DNA of 52,247 nucleotides, the filler included, from Sphacelaria rigidula (lineage: Eukaryota): the NCBI GenBank assembly GCA_964200075.2. It is 3 parts of 3 records of this genome, joined end to end, with 100 filler letters (N's around TTAATTAATTAA, not from the genome) between each part and the next. Parts side by side here need not be neighbours in the genome. Positions count along the whole stretch, not along the records: positions 1 to 17,353 come from CAXNAA020001102.1; positions 17,454 to 34,803 come from CAXNAA020001103.1; 1 more part is not named here. One strand, 5' to 3'. The translations under genes and the position numbers were made by a program. Position 1 is the stretch's first letter. Each line of letters starts with the position of its first letter. Under the pieces are notes generated by a model. It searched no databases. It was given only the letters and a program-made list of their open reading frames with translations, and had not been told where the DNA came from. This document shows, piece after piece, positions 13,401-24,552 of the stretch.

Positions 13401-14549
13401 AGACCTTCTATAAGCTCTTGCATTTTCCACCGAGACACGGAGGAAAAGGCACTTTCATGCACAACATTTTGAAGCCCCCATGTCCTACATTCCACCTCCC
13501 ATCCCATGGTGCCATTCCAGCACCTGACGAGCCCAATATCATGATAATCCCAAGAACAGCAAAATAAAATCTACTTGCAGCACAGCTGAGCCATGAGCAG
13601 TATTGGGGTTGTGCTCATGTCAAACTCCATCAACCCCTAGACCGCGATGCGGGTAGTCCATCTAATCACATTAACTTTTTTCAAGTGAAATTGATGCTGA
13701 TTCCGCACGTGACCTACCCGCGCGGTCAAAGGGTTAAACAAACGCTATGTTGTTTTTTGGGCTCTGTCCACATCCCATACCTTGGATTGGAAACGAAGAC
13801 TGTTACGGAGCAAGTTGTGCTAGCCCTGTTGTAAAGAATTTAAAAAAACATGGAACCCGTGTACATATGCCAGAAATGATTACACCATTGTTTAACCTTG
13901 ACAAAAAGATACCAGGGACAGAGGCCAATTGGAAATGTGCACTTTGATATGCCTCTATTTCAAGCTGTTCTATCGATAGCATTCACTCTCGAGTTCGCCG
14001 CAAGACTTTCAGGTGACCAATGCCGTCGTAACGCCAGCTACTCTGTTGCCCGCCCAATGGGACGGTGTGCCAAACGTCGCATCCGCAGGCAACAGCTGGA
14101 CTCATCTCCGTAGATGCATGACTTCCTGCAGCGTACTACTGTACCGCTTGCGATCCACCACCGCTACCCGTGGGCTAAACGCAACACAGGAATGTGCATG
14201 CGTATTTCGTAGCCCAAGCGCCACGAACAACGACACAATTCACGCGTGGCAACCGCCATTTCAGTACCAGATATACCCCTCACGATACAAGTAAAAATTG
14301 TACCTGTTTAGTTTCCAAGAACGGTCTCGGACGCTCAAACGGCCTCGCAGATACTCCGATCCTACGGAAACCATCGCGAGTGTGCATAGCAACTGACAAT
14401 AAACACGCGATATTGCTACTCACATACTCGAGGTAGTTGGGACACTGCGGCCCTGCGCAGTTGATGATGTGGGTAATGTTGGCATTCCGCACGAGTCCTT
14501 CTTGTTTCGCCGCATCCTCCCCAGCGACGTAAATAAATGAATGCTCCAC
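1432..14549 (-). CDS. MKP1: Plant MKP1-like dual-specificity (MAP kinase) phosphatase with gelsolin-like repeats; 8 exons reconstructed, 5' end missing
   Basis: Exons 14549-14424, 12050-11902, 10450-10300, 9151-8212, 7363-7212, 6702-5713, 4240-4148 and 1596-1432 have GT-AG boundaries and join in frame (2766 nt including stop). Motifs: ITHIINC, catalytic HCVQGVSRS, AWLM, PNTGF, and gelsolin-like LDSRGCYVIV...VYVWRG, EEGSEPPE, DLLPQCCFLL...YLWVG, EQPEEWW. The symbol denotes similarity, not proven orthology. Confidence 0.9.
2451..3305. mobile_element. Fold-back/MITE-like element with long imperfect inverted arms
   Basis: ccttggaatggcttgctctactcgtt (~2660-2685) is the near reverse complement of aacgagtagagcaagtcattccaagg (~2899-2924). 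Outer arms ~2451-2540 and ~3220-3305 also pair. A related copy lies at ~17090-17220. Confidence 0.7.
3395..3620. mobile_element. Short palindromic MITE-like repeat
   Basis: ttgagagtcggagtttcaaacttgatacggagag pairs imperfectly with ctccgtgccaaatttgaaagtgcaactctt. Confidence 0.55.
4148..4240 (-). CDS. Phosphatase exon, second gelsolin-like repeat
   Basis: cag|DLLPQCCFLLVPPHGKSYLWVGEEFAAVHGQ|gtaatt; phase 0/0. Confidence 0.85.
4291..4437. repeat. Poly-G tract with a short N gap
   Basis: G homopolymers around N 4325-4334, immediately upstream (minus strand) of the 4240 acceptor. Confidence 0.9.
4955..5280 (+). mobile_element. tRNA-derived SINE, copy 1
   Basis: A-box TGGTGTAATGG (4967-4977) and B-box GTTCGATTCC (5012-5021). 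Body (agttgacgcggtgcgggagtgctgatagtcatgatccaatccgcga) is shared with the 15270 copy. A-rich end. Confidence 0.65.
5713..6702 (-). CDS. Phosphatase exon: Ser/Gly/Pro-rich linker and start of second gelsolin-like repeat
   Basis: cag|PPVYGDLS...PRLFEL...LLWSELAIFDDQ|gtgcgc; 330 codons, phase 0/0. Confidence 0.82.
6899..7003. repeat. A-rich simple repeats (AAAAATGAG)n/(AAAATA)n
   Basis: Directly visible in the intron. Confidence 0.8.
7212..7363 (-). CDS. Phosphatase exon completing the first gelsolin-like repeat
   Basis: cag|(P)QMLELAKQGARWLRDYEGWGSRTNALVVEEGSEPPELIRYLEQGENEERK|gtcagt; phase 1/0. Confidence 0.85.
8212..9151 (-). CDS. Phosphatase exon: first gelsolin-like repeat with long low-complexity insert
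   Basis: cag|PPAAPLMYRTAWH...LDSRGCYVIVV...(Ala/Pro/Gln-rich)...VKVYVWRGSESS|gtgagt; phase 0/1. Confidence 0.85.
10300..10450 (-). CDS. Phosphatase exon, C-terminal part of DSP domain
   Basis: cag|(R)SCTLAIAWLMLTTSMDYEEAYQRVRKGRPICAPNTGFICSLLEWEKRRRQ|gtgtgt; phase 2/0. Confidence 0.92.
11902..12050 (-). CDS. Phosphatase exon with catalytic CX5R loop (this frame is absent from the ORF track)
   Basis: aag|TGRFDFLRLNFYDHRTEDVAWFIYSAFDFIAAAKAKKGRVLIHCVQGVS(R)|gtggga; phase 0/2. Confidence 0.92.
13051..13125 (-). mobile_element. Retroposon 3' end with (AATC)n-type tail
   Basis: Reverse complement reads gtcacggctagat...gtgcgacaatcaatccatcaat; similar core and tail to the 21794, 44285 and 47290 copies. 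Confidence 0.55.
13630..13737. mobile_element. piggyBac-like MITE (~105 bp)
   Basis: TCAA-CCCCTAGACCGCG ... CGCGGTCAAAGGG-TTAA termini; related copies at 15805, 33726 and 52046. Confidence 0.7.
14424..14549 (-). CDS. Phosphatase exon, N-terminal part of DSP domain
   Basis: cag|VEHSFIYVAGEDAAKQEGLVRNANITHIINCAGPQCPNYLEY|gtgagt; phase 0/0. Confidence 0.88.
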
Positions 14550-15269
14550 CTGTTTTTTTCAAAACCGCGGTTGGGTATTTGTTCGTGTGATCGTTCGCAA
14601 ACATGATAAAAATAGTGGAATCACCAGCTTGCACGAATCGGAATCTCGTTGACAACAGCGAGCGTTTTTGTTTGCTGTCGTAACCGGCGGTACGTATTTT
14701 TCAACGTTAGTCCCGCGACATTTGGGTTTACTGAAGACTGTTTCCCGCGTGATAGCCGGTGACAAATCCAGCACGCCAATCCGGTCACGACACGTTCCGC
14801 CCGTCATCAAGTCCCTGATCCGGGAACACTCAAGATCCGGGGGAAAAAAGATCGCAAACCCCTGTCAGTTGTGATTATTCGCAGAGGAAAAGCGGTGATT
14901 CGTGATGCGACTATTTCGGGCGGAGATGGGGGGGCTGCGGTTGATGATCCGCATGATTCCATATTGTAGCCTACGTGGGCGAAGTACGAGAGTGGTCCAT
15001 CGGCAGCAGCTGTGTTCATGCAGTGGGGGCAGCGAATCCAAACGGCAGGCTCTCGCCGAGAACAGCCGAAATTGCCCAATAAACAATCTCAAAACAGGAT
15101 GTCAGCGTCTGTCGGTTCTTGGGAGCGTGCGAAGTCCTCAGAGCGTCAGACTTCATTTTGGAACAACTTCACCTATCAAACTTCAGTGCCAGCTAGCCCA
15201 GTGCTGTATCCGAGCAGTCAGTCTCTTTTTGCAAGCACGACCTCCAACAACAGCCTACAGTGCCACCGC

Positions 15270-15600
15270 GCCCTAGTGGCCTAATCATGAAACTGACGCC
15301 ATATAGCGTGGAGAAAACGAGGGCTCGATTACAGCCAGATGAGTCTGGTTTGGATTTTTTTCTCAGAAGTATCTGATTTTGGTCTCTGAAAGCGTGGGGA
15401 CGTCAGTAGCGAGACAGAGTCTGTTTGGCTGACCTTGTTAGACGACAGTTGACCCGGTGCGGGAGTGTTGATGGTCATGATCCAATTCGCGATGCCAGTA
15501 AGAGAGGTGTGTACGTGGGGGAAGATGAGTTGATGTCTTGAGGTCACGGGTGCGTGCCCAGGAAGGTGAGGAGTTAGAATTCGAAGAAAAAATAGGAAGA
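15270..15600 (+). mobile_element. tRNA-derived SINE, copy 2
   Basis: Degenerate A/B boxes (tggcctaatc, gggctcgatt); body homologous to 5030-5225. Confidence 0.6.
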
Positions 15601-15804
15601 TAGTTGGGATGTGGACGATGGATGGGTTGGGATGGGTATTTTGTGGTTGTGGGGTTTTGAACAAGAGGAAGACAAATAGTGAAGTTCGTGGTCTCCGCAC
15701 CCTGACTACTGCATGCTGTTACACCAAAGCAGTTGGTTCTCACACGTATCCCAGTGCCTCATCTGATGGAGTTAGTTGGGCAACCACGTTTCGTGGCCTT
15801 GCCT

Positions 15805-15986
15805 TCAACCTTTTGACCGCCAGGGTAGGTCATCTGCTGGATCGGCATCACTTGCACTTGAAACAGGTGAAAATGCTACCTCCTTGGCCGCGAGGGTAGT
15901 CCATCTGCATCATGGATACTTTCCTCAAGTGAAAATATAGCCGATTCAAAAGGTGGCCGGCTCACGCTCGCAGTCAAAGGGGTTAA
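15805..15986. mobile_element. piggyBac-like MITE, longer or dimeric copy
   Basis: TCAA-CCTTTTGACCGC ... GCAGTCAAAGGGG-TTAA termini; internal gatcggcatc and caagtgaaa motifs shared with the family. Confidence 0.6.
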
Positions 15987-17353
15987 CGCGGCCCTGGAAA
16001 TATTTCAAACGAAAGCATTCGGCGACTTACGCCCCGTGATAGGTAGCTGCAATCCTGCAATCGGTGAGAGCTGAGGTCGTGTCTTATCGAGACCACAGAA
16101 AGGAGCGGGATAAGAAACAATCGTCCAAAAGTGGCATGTCGATTGGTCGCCGGGTAAGCAGCAGATTGATCGATCGCTGTGCGAGTCTATGGTTACGGCG
16201 ACTAACCAACATGCTACTTTTGGACGCCTTTTCCTTTTCCCGCCTTTTTTTCGGTCTCGATACATGTACGACGCGACCAAAGTAGCATCACTCACAAGGC
16301 GTGAATCACCTTTTTTTCCATGCTGCTTTTGGACATCTATTCCTTTTTCCGCTTCTTTCTCAGGCCGCGTCGTATTGAAAAAAAAATCGACACGGACGAG
16401 TTCGTGCGGCGGAATTGATCAAGTTCGTTATGCTGTGTTTGAGTCCGAGCGGATTTGCACGCTTTGGATGGAAACTTGTTTTTATTACAGACGGCAGATT
16501 TGTCTGTACTGCGAAGAATTGAAGCACGTGCAGTTTTGCACTGCCTCAACTGTCCATGAGCTTGTTCGCCTTTCGATCACCCACTCCAACATGCAGCTCT
16601 CTCTTTCAATGGACCCCACCACGAAATTAGAGGATTTTGTAGTTTTCGTCAACAAAAAAGAAACACGTCATGCTAAGAGGGTGGTAGTGACGGTTCCCCA
16701 TTACTGCAGTGTATCCCTGTGCTCAGCTTGTTATCTATGCTCCAGGGTTGGGTTAGTTGCTGCGAACGAATCATCTGGGTTTTGCATAGTTCCGTGAAAG
16801 GGTGGTAGTTGGGCACAGTTGTCTGCAACATAGAAGTCATGTGCCCCTTCATTCATTTCCGACGCTCGTTTCGCTCGAAAAAACGAAGCTCTTCTAGGTT
16901 TGACCCTGCCCCTTGCGCGCAAAGAATTATAAAATGAATTTGAAGTCATCTGAGATAATAAATACCGTGGACCTTATTAGATACAGCGTCGCAGCGACAA
17001 GTTCGATTCGACCGCATGATTTCGAGTCGAAATTTTCTCGATGAGACACGGCCTGAGGTCGCCTCTTATAACAGACAAGAATGAAAGCCTGGAAAAGTGC
17101 CTTTTTGGAGTTTTTACGTCGTTTTACTCCCTTCAAGAGAGCTAGGCGAAGTTTGACACCTTGGAACGACTTGCTCTACTCGTTGAGACGGTTCCAGGAC
17201 ATCTTCGCGTTTTCCGGTGGCCGTTTTTTTTGTGTTTGGCCAAATAAGGCTGACAATTTCTACGATAGCCCCCCCCCCTAAAACGTACCCCCCGATGGGG
17301 TTGGCGTCGCTTGGCGATGACGCTGTAAAACACGCCACTCACTACGTAAGCTA

Positions 17354-17453
17354 NNNNNNNNNNNNNNNNNNNNNNNNNNNNNNNNNNNNNNNNNNNNTTA
17401 ATTAATTAANNNNNNNNNNNNNNNNNNNNNNNNNNNNNNNNNNNNNNNNNNNN
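17354..17453. other. Artificial contig-join spacer
   Basis: 44 N + TTAATTAATTAA (stops in all six frames) + 44 N. Confidence 0.95.
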
Positions 17454-20400
17454 CCCCCCCCCCCCCCCCCCCCCAAAAAAAAACTGGGCCAGATTTTTCA
17501 CGTGCCACCACAGACAAGAGACGCTTCATCGGAATTGCAGTCCTCGGTGGCAACCAGACGTTTTGCCATGGCCCGGTACCGAACTATAGTGCAACCAACC
17601 CATGCACGGTTCGGACGAATCATCGCCGGTTCGAATCACCAAGTACACGATATTTCAGGCCTGATTTCTCGCAGGTGAGAAAATATTCGACCGATGGTCA
17701 AAAAGGTTCCCACGCAACTTTTGCGCCATCCCGCGTGCCTGGGCTGCGCGTACCTGGGTTGCAACGCTGAAAACAAAGCCCAAGGATTGATTCATACAGT
17801 ACAAATCATACTAAAATCGAGTAATTTCAAGACGAGTCATTGATTCGTCCGACCCGTCAATCCATGTGAGGTACTTTTGGGTACACGTACGGTGCCGCAA
17901 GCACACGCGGCCACACTCCTGATAAAAATAACCTGCCCGACAACCCTTGGATGGTATCTTACCTCAATTGGACGGTTGACCACAATACTACCCGAAATCC
18001 GGCGCGAGTTCATACTGGTTCGCTCGATGTTGACGGTCACCTAGATATGGTTGAAATGGCGGCCGTCGAGGAAAAAAAACAGACATTGTATGCGCTGAAA
18101 AAATGCATTGTTGTACCACATCCGTCGACTACATGGTATTTATGGATTTGCTATGAAAACGCCGAACCTGGAGATGAGTTTACGATTATATCATAGTGCA
18201 CTAGGTTGGCGTACATTGCACACAAGGCAGTAGTACCCTACACGCATAGACACGGGTGCGCCTTGAGCACCAGGTAAAAACGCTCAAGTCGGGTGCTTGT
18301 TGGATGACGGTAGAGTATAACGAGAGGACACGAGATGAATGGGGGCAGACGAGTGGAGGACAAAACCAAATCGGCTAACCGGCTGAGGTTGATGGCCCTG
18401 AACCATCCGTGCAGGCTGTCAATTGCGTCATTTCAGCCCTGGCCAACAGGCTAGAAGATGCGTGAAGTATGTGCTGTGTCATATGGTATCCTGTGCGTGT
18501 TTCCGAACCTTATGAGAACGCATCTGGGAACTAGAACTAACTGACCCAGGTGCAGGCCGGTTCAGGGTGAAGGACCAGAATTTACTCCCCAGCGATTTCT
18601 CACATCGTTTTTTTTCGAGGTAGGCCCCGAAATTTCACACACGAGTGCTCTGGGATATCAAGACGCTCTGGACGAGGATGGCTTTTCGTTTTATTTTGTT
18701 ATTTGCCGAATGTCCGGAGTCCTAGTAAGTGGTGTGACAAACCGCCTTCTGGGATCCCGGATATCTGGCGAAAAAAACGAAAAATCGAATTAAAAAAAGC
18801 ATCAACCCTTTTGGGACTGGGCCTCCAGAACGACCAATGAGGCTGGTTATGAATGACGTGTCTGACATCTGCACGAAGCAGTGGCGTGTTGCTGAAATCC
18901 GCGCATGTAACCGCAGGGTTACGAGGGAGGCCGAAAGTTTAATCTAATCTATTTTCAGGTGCAGGGTGTGCAATCAGACAGTGTACATCTGATGTTGCAA
19001 GCAGTATGGGTCGCGGTAGAGAGCTTTCAACAAGATGCGGGGACCGGCGGGCCGCCCGCCACTTGTGGCTTTAGAATATATTATTGTCCCCATCACCTTG
19101 CCACAAAGCTCTTTGTGGTCAGGGTGGGCCGCGATTTCTTTCTTTGTTGCATGCGGCAAATTCTCTCCGAAGGGTATCAGCGTTGCGGCGCGCATACATA
19201 CAGTAAAGTGCAGTGCAGTGCAGTAAGCCTCTCCGACTGTAGCAGCAGCTGCCGCTACATACTCCCTCGCACGTTCTGGGCAGTTCTCAGCTACCTAGAT
19301 CAACTGCCTACATACCGCTTCTTCATCCACGGCCAATGCATACATGTAACTGCACACTGGAAGTAATCGGCCGAGGGATAAGTAAATTCATGACGGTAAT
19401 TCATTTTGTCTTTCCACGGCCCACCTGGGTTGAGTGACTCGTGAAAATGACCTCATTGTAGAGTGTACACTCCTTCCCGGTTTTTGCTGTCCACCCTGTG
19501 CGAGTGTAATTACTGCGTTTCAGTATAAGCTGGCGACCCCCGAAAAATCCCGGGAAATCCGGGGAATGCTTTACTGAATGCAAGTAATACCATAAACCAA
19601 GCTGCGTCTATCCTGGCTTTGGAACCTGGGAAGGCTTATCTAGGCCAGGTATAGGGCCTCCACGCGATCTTTGTAGTGACATCACACTCGGCAACGGTCC
19701 CCGCGCTGGTCGTTCCGGTCTGCACGTAAATTTCGCCTCGCCGTGATTGGGCAGGTCGCTCCCTGACTTGTTCTTTGTTCTTTGATCAACACAGGGTCAA
19801 TCTCGTGTGAAGGGGGGGTCGGTCCCGAAAGGGTCAACACAGAGTTTTCTAGAAATCCTAAATATCAGAGCACCCGTGTGCGAAATTCCAAGGTTCTACT
19901 TGAAAAAATGGCGCGAGAAATTTCCCGTATGTGCGGTGAAATATACGAGTGTACGCCGATCCCTCCAATTACTTGATTACGGTAAGCTCCAGACGTTTTC
20001 CTTGTACGCTTGAGCTTGCATCGACCGCTTGGGATCAGCTTTTCGAGTTACACAGCGGAACTTTGTACAAACGTCCCTTGGATTACCTCGGGGCGAGTTT
20101 TCGACTTACATCTCGAGGCAATATGTATCGGCTTCTGGGGATCTTCACGCTGGGACCCCCGGAAGCCGGTATATAGCGGAGAAATTTGAATTATTGTTCA
20201 ACGAATTCTCGTTCATTTGTAGCACCCATATCTACCAAAATGCCATGTTTGAGGATGATCGAAGCTTCGAAGCTTCGCTACGACAGTTACAGCAACGTTA
20301 CAGGAGAATACATCAAGAATATTTTTAGGTCTTTCATGCATATCATCAGTGCAAATCCACCGACGCCAAAGCCCCACATCACCGAAATACCACGTTTTGG

Positions 20401-20727
20401 GGTATGAGTCGATCCCATACAAACCTTTTTCAAATTTGTTTCTTGCGTCAGAGTCTCTACCTGGCGGCGGTTACTAAGGTTTGATTCGTGATGAGATTGG
20501 GTACAAACTGTGTCGGCAATTTGTGTTTTATATTTCGGAACAATTTGAAGGTTCGTGATTAGCAGCGAAACATTTTCACCATCAGCGCCACGGCAAAAGA
20601 CACGAGAGAAAAATCTGACCATGCCACTATGTTTGCTTGCTCGTCGGGTCGTTTCTATTGAGACAGTTTTCGTTCTGTATCTATTCGTGTATACATTTTG
20701 GGCAGTCACCCCCGAACCAGCCAGTAC

Positions 20728-21265
20728 CTCGGGGGAAGAACCGGTGACATTTATTGGGAGATAATTCCGTTGTTGGCAGACATCTGTTGTGGATGTCACC
20801 CTCGATGGGGTGTGCCCCACCCCCTCTGCTGGCAGCAACAAACTACTCAACCGATGACACACTTCGTCATAAACTCCATCTTGTGAGACTACCGACCTGA
20901 CAGGAGGAACTGTAAGAGAGTCTTTGATTATTGCTGTGCAGTCAAACCGGTGTTGTGAGTTAACCCAGGTCAGACGACATCGACAGGCTAACCTGTGTCG
21001 TCACCGAGATAAGACGACGGAGGCATAAATCTGTTTGGCTCGACCATCACTTGTGCAAAAACTGTTCTTCCTATTCACAGCTTTTCGCGTTTGTGGTCAA
21101 CGCTCAAAACTTTGCTTGCAACAAGTCTGTAGTATCGAGGAATCAAGCCATCGCTCCACCCCTTCAGCACGTGACTTACACTTGCTTACCCACCGTTGGA
21201 CCAGCACCACTGCCGGGATTCAAATTCACTCGAGGCCCCAAATCTAGTCCTGATATATACCCCAT
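20728..21265 (-). CDS. Possible two-exon start of an unidentified gene
   Basis: ATG 21265-21190 (MGYISGLDLGPRVNLNPGSGAGPTV|gtaagc) joins in frame to cag|20933-20728 (AIIKDSLTVPP...GSSPE|gtactg). No recognisable domain. Confidence 0.22.
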
Positions 21266-21793
21266 TGGACCGCCCGAGCGCGACGGAAATTATTGTCGGG
21301 TCAGACAACGTCAGTGTAGGGGCATATTCGAGCACACCACAAACATCAGACTTGGAGACAATTTCGTCTTCATTACCTTCCTTTGAAAAAATATCGAAGG
21401 TACAACCAAGAGGTTCAACACCAGCCGGGCGACCGGATACCACACCCTCTGACTGTCAAGTTTGTTCACTACGAAATAAGTTAGAACCCCTCGCCCCCCC
21501 TCTCGCTTCCCTGGACGAGTCTTTTGTCCGAGCCGATCAACCCATATGCCCCGCCCATATCTGCGTAACGTTTCATTACCGAGTTTGGGTCACGACCATA
21601 ACATTCCCCCAGCCCATGGAATTTTCCCGTGAAATTTTGTGGTACCTCCGGTTCATGAGTTTCTCACGAGCGGAAACAAAAAATCCGTCGAGGTTGGTAA
21701 AACCCACTTATTCGCCCCAAGCTGGCCGATGACATACTAGCTGGATCATCGGGGCGCACGAGGTCGATTCCGAAAAGAAGCTCGATCGGTCAA

Positions 21794-21910
21794 TTGATTG
21801 ATTGATTATCGTACATCAAGATATCCCCCAACAATCCAGCCGTGGTCGAACGAAAGCAACCTAAGGCGAAAAAACGTAAACGCCCACGAACGGCGAGGAA
21901 GGAAAAATCG
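21794..21910 (-). mobile_element. Retroposon 3' end with (AATC)n tail
   Basis: Reverse complement reads gaccacggctggatt...gtacgataatcaatcaatcaa. Confidence 0.55.
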
Positions 21911-24259
21911 CCTCGAATACCCATCTCGTGTATGTTCTTCGCACCTCGTTCCCTCTGGTTCGCCTTCCTCCCGACCACAGCATTCGCATACCGCCCGCCC
22001 CGCTTGGTCGGCTGCTGGAGTCGGTAGCCTCCGCTGGCTTCGCCGCCACCCCACGGAGGAGGGCTCTCCTTTGTGTCGTCGATGTACGCCGTCCTCCGTT
22101 CAACTGAGACACAACGAGGGGAGACAAGAAAGGCTCAGACGGGCGTTGAGGACAGCTCAGTATACAGCGGGGAGACTGCGGACTTGCAGGTACAGTATCT
22201 CCAAACGTTCATGCTTCATGCTCTGAGATTCGGTCAGCGGCGAGTTTCGCGGCTATCTGGAAGATGGTTTTTGCGGCGTGCATGCACGTGAAGGGACAAG
22301 AGCATTTGGCAATAGTATTGCAAAAACGAACCGGTCAACACACCTTCGGCAACCACTATAGTCGGGGGAGGATGGTGAGTGTTCTTTCATGCCTGATTTT
22401 GCTGTGTGAGCTCACATCCTCCGACATTCATCGCGACATGTACATCGACGACCATCACCATTGCCGTATTGCTGCACTGAAACGGTAACACCCTGCTAGC
22501 CGCGCCTCATGCACGAACAACGACGACGCGCGGCATATGCGCGGCTACGGCATTTTAGACGCAGGCCTTCGTCTCTTCGGTAAAAGCAACTGCCGCGATC
22601 CCAACACAAACTTGTCTGTTTCGCATCCAAGTGCTGGCACGGGCGTTCAAGGAGCCCACACGTCCAACAAACATGAGTCTGAGTCGTGAGGGCAGTAGTC
22701 GTTGAATCAGTCGTCATTTTTCGCTTTTAGTTGTAGGAGTTGACTCTTAGTCGTTGGTCGGTTTCGGATTTCATCGAAGCAGTCTACCCTTGTGTCGTCG
22801 CCATTTACGGAACTTAGGATGTAGACCTAATAATTGACGCTGAGTCGATATTCGTCGAATTTCGTCTCGTAAATCGTGTTCCAATAGCTTGGTACCTAAA
22901 GTGTGTGGGACCAATCTTTGGGCAAGAGTTGCACCCCTTCATGTTTCTGTCGTCCCGCCACGTGGGTACTCCTGAAAGGGCAGGTACCCCCTTGCTTTTT
23001 GAGAACGCGCATGCCGTACGGCGGAGAGCAGCAGTAGTACCGTACGGTACAACAGTATAACAGTACATGCGACGTGTTGCCAACAGCAGCAGTACAGCAC
23101 AGCGCGAGCTGTAGTACAGCACAGCGCAGTGCTAGGCGTGGGCAAAACAGAGCCCAAGAGATTGAGCCCATGAGATCGATAGTTGGTTCACGCTGCAGAC
23201 ACCGTCCTCTACCCAGGGTGTACTGCCTCGTACATTCACACGAACGGTAGGATCAATGTACGGCTCCTCATGATGCTGATGATGTACGAGTACGGTACCT
23301 CCTCCTTACGAGACATGAGCTCTGCCGCCCGCAGTCGCATGTGGACAGTACGGAACAGCGTTCGAATGTGTGCACGCTCCTTCCGCAGAGGGCGCCATAA
23401 CGGCGATTGACCTGCATCTGTCTGATGGGGTGCCTCGCAACCTAGACACCTTGCTTGGTACGTTGCCGGTGTGGGGAATTCCAACGCAGGGGCTCCTTGG
23501 GCTTTTGCGAACAAGGCTGCTGGCATGAAGACACTGCCAGTTCAAATTTCGACGGGTCCTCAGGCTTCGGCCCCCCACCGGATCCATTAAGAATTACAGT
23601 GCTTGATGAGCGCAAGCGACTGTAGAAGCGGTTGAAACGTTAATCCTAGGTCAAAAGCCAAGTGATTGGTGCATTGAGGAAGAATGACCTGGGAGGTGAC
23701 GAATGAGGCTGGAAGTTGTGACCACACTGTATTATACCCCTGGGTAAGGCAGACCCGCATCATGGTCGCAAGGGCGGCTGTTATCTATTGTGCAACGGGT
23801 TGGTTGGTGGTTGGTACCGACTGAATGGTAGTCTTCATATACGACTGTTATACTGTTCGGGTACTACAGCCTGGTACTTGTACTTCAGCCTTTTTCGGTG
23901 CTTGATTCAAAATGAAGTCGGCTTTCTCCGACAGCAACGGGCAAAAACCGAGTACTCAAGAGTAGTTGTGGGAACGGGGCAATATCCACACCGTCTCCAT
24001 TGCGGTTCTGCGAAAATAGCAAGGGTATAATACCGAACAGATACTTTCATACAGTTTGTCACCAGCCTGGCTCACGGGCCAAGTTTCACATGATCGCGGG
24101 CACAGGTTCCATTTTCCAGCACCTATATAAATATTCGAACATCACCCGCGCATAACACACGATATGAATCTCAGAGTATGGACACCCTTGGTGGGCTGCT
24201 TCCGCACGGTCTGCCTTCCTCGACCCGCCTCGCTCGCCATCTATTGGCATTTTAAGTGC

Positions 24260-24552
24260 ACTCACATTGAGGAGGAATGGGAACCAATACAGTGAATTGC
24301 ATTGGATTGTATCGAGCGGTCCGCGTGCCTTTTTCAAAGATGAATTGTCGGGGTCGCTTTTGCGCCGAGAGTGCCAAGAAAAAAGGCAAGTACCCGAGTA
24401 CTAACTCACGTTGAGGGCGAATAGGAACCAATACTGTAGAGTGAAATGCATTGGATTGTATCGAGCGGTCCGCGTGCTTTTTTTAGAGATAGATTGTCGG
24501 GGTCGCTTTTTCGCCGAGAGTGCCAAAAAAGAAAGGTGAGTACCCGAGTACT
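24260..24552. repeat. Tandem duplication of a ~145-bp unit
   Basis: Two adjacent copies share gcattggattgtatcgagcggtccgcgtgc...ttgtcggggtcgcttt...cgccgagagtgccaa...gtacccgagtact. Confidence 0.9.

Noticed and set aside
14975..15019. MNTAAADGPLSYFAH as first exon of the phosphatase
   Set aside because: Phase fits, but the donor is weak and there is no conserved motif, so it is unsupported.
17398..17409. TTAATTAATTAA as a biological motif (PacI site or TSD)
   Set aside because: Identical artificial linker centred in both 100-bp gaps.
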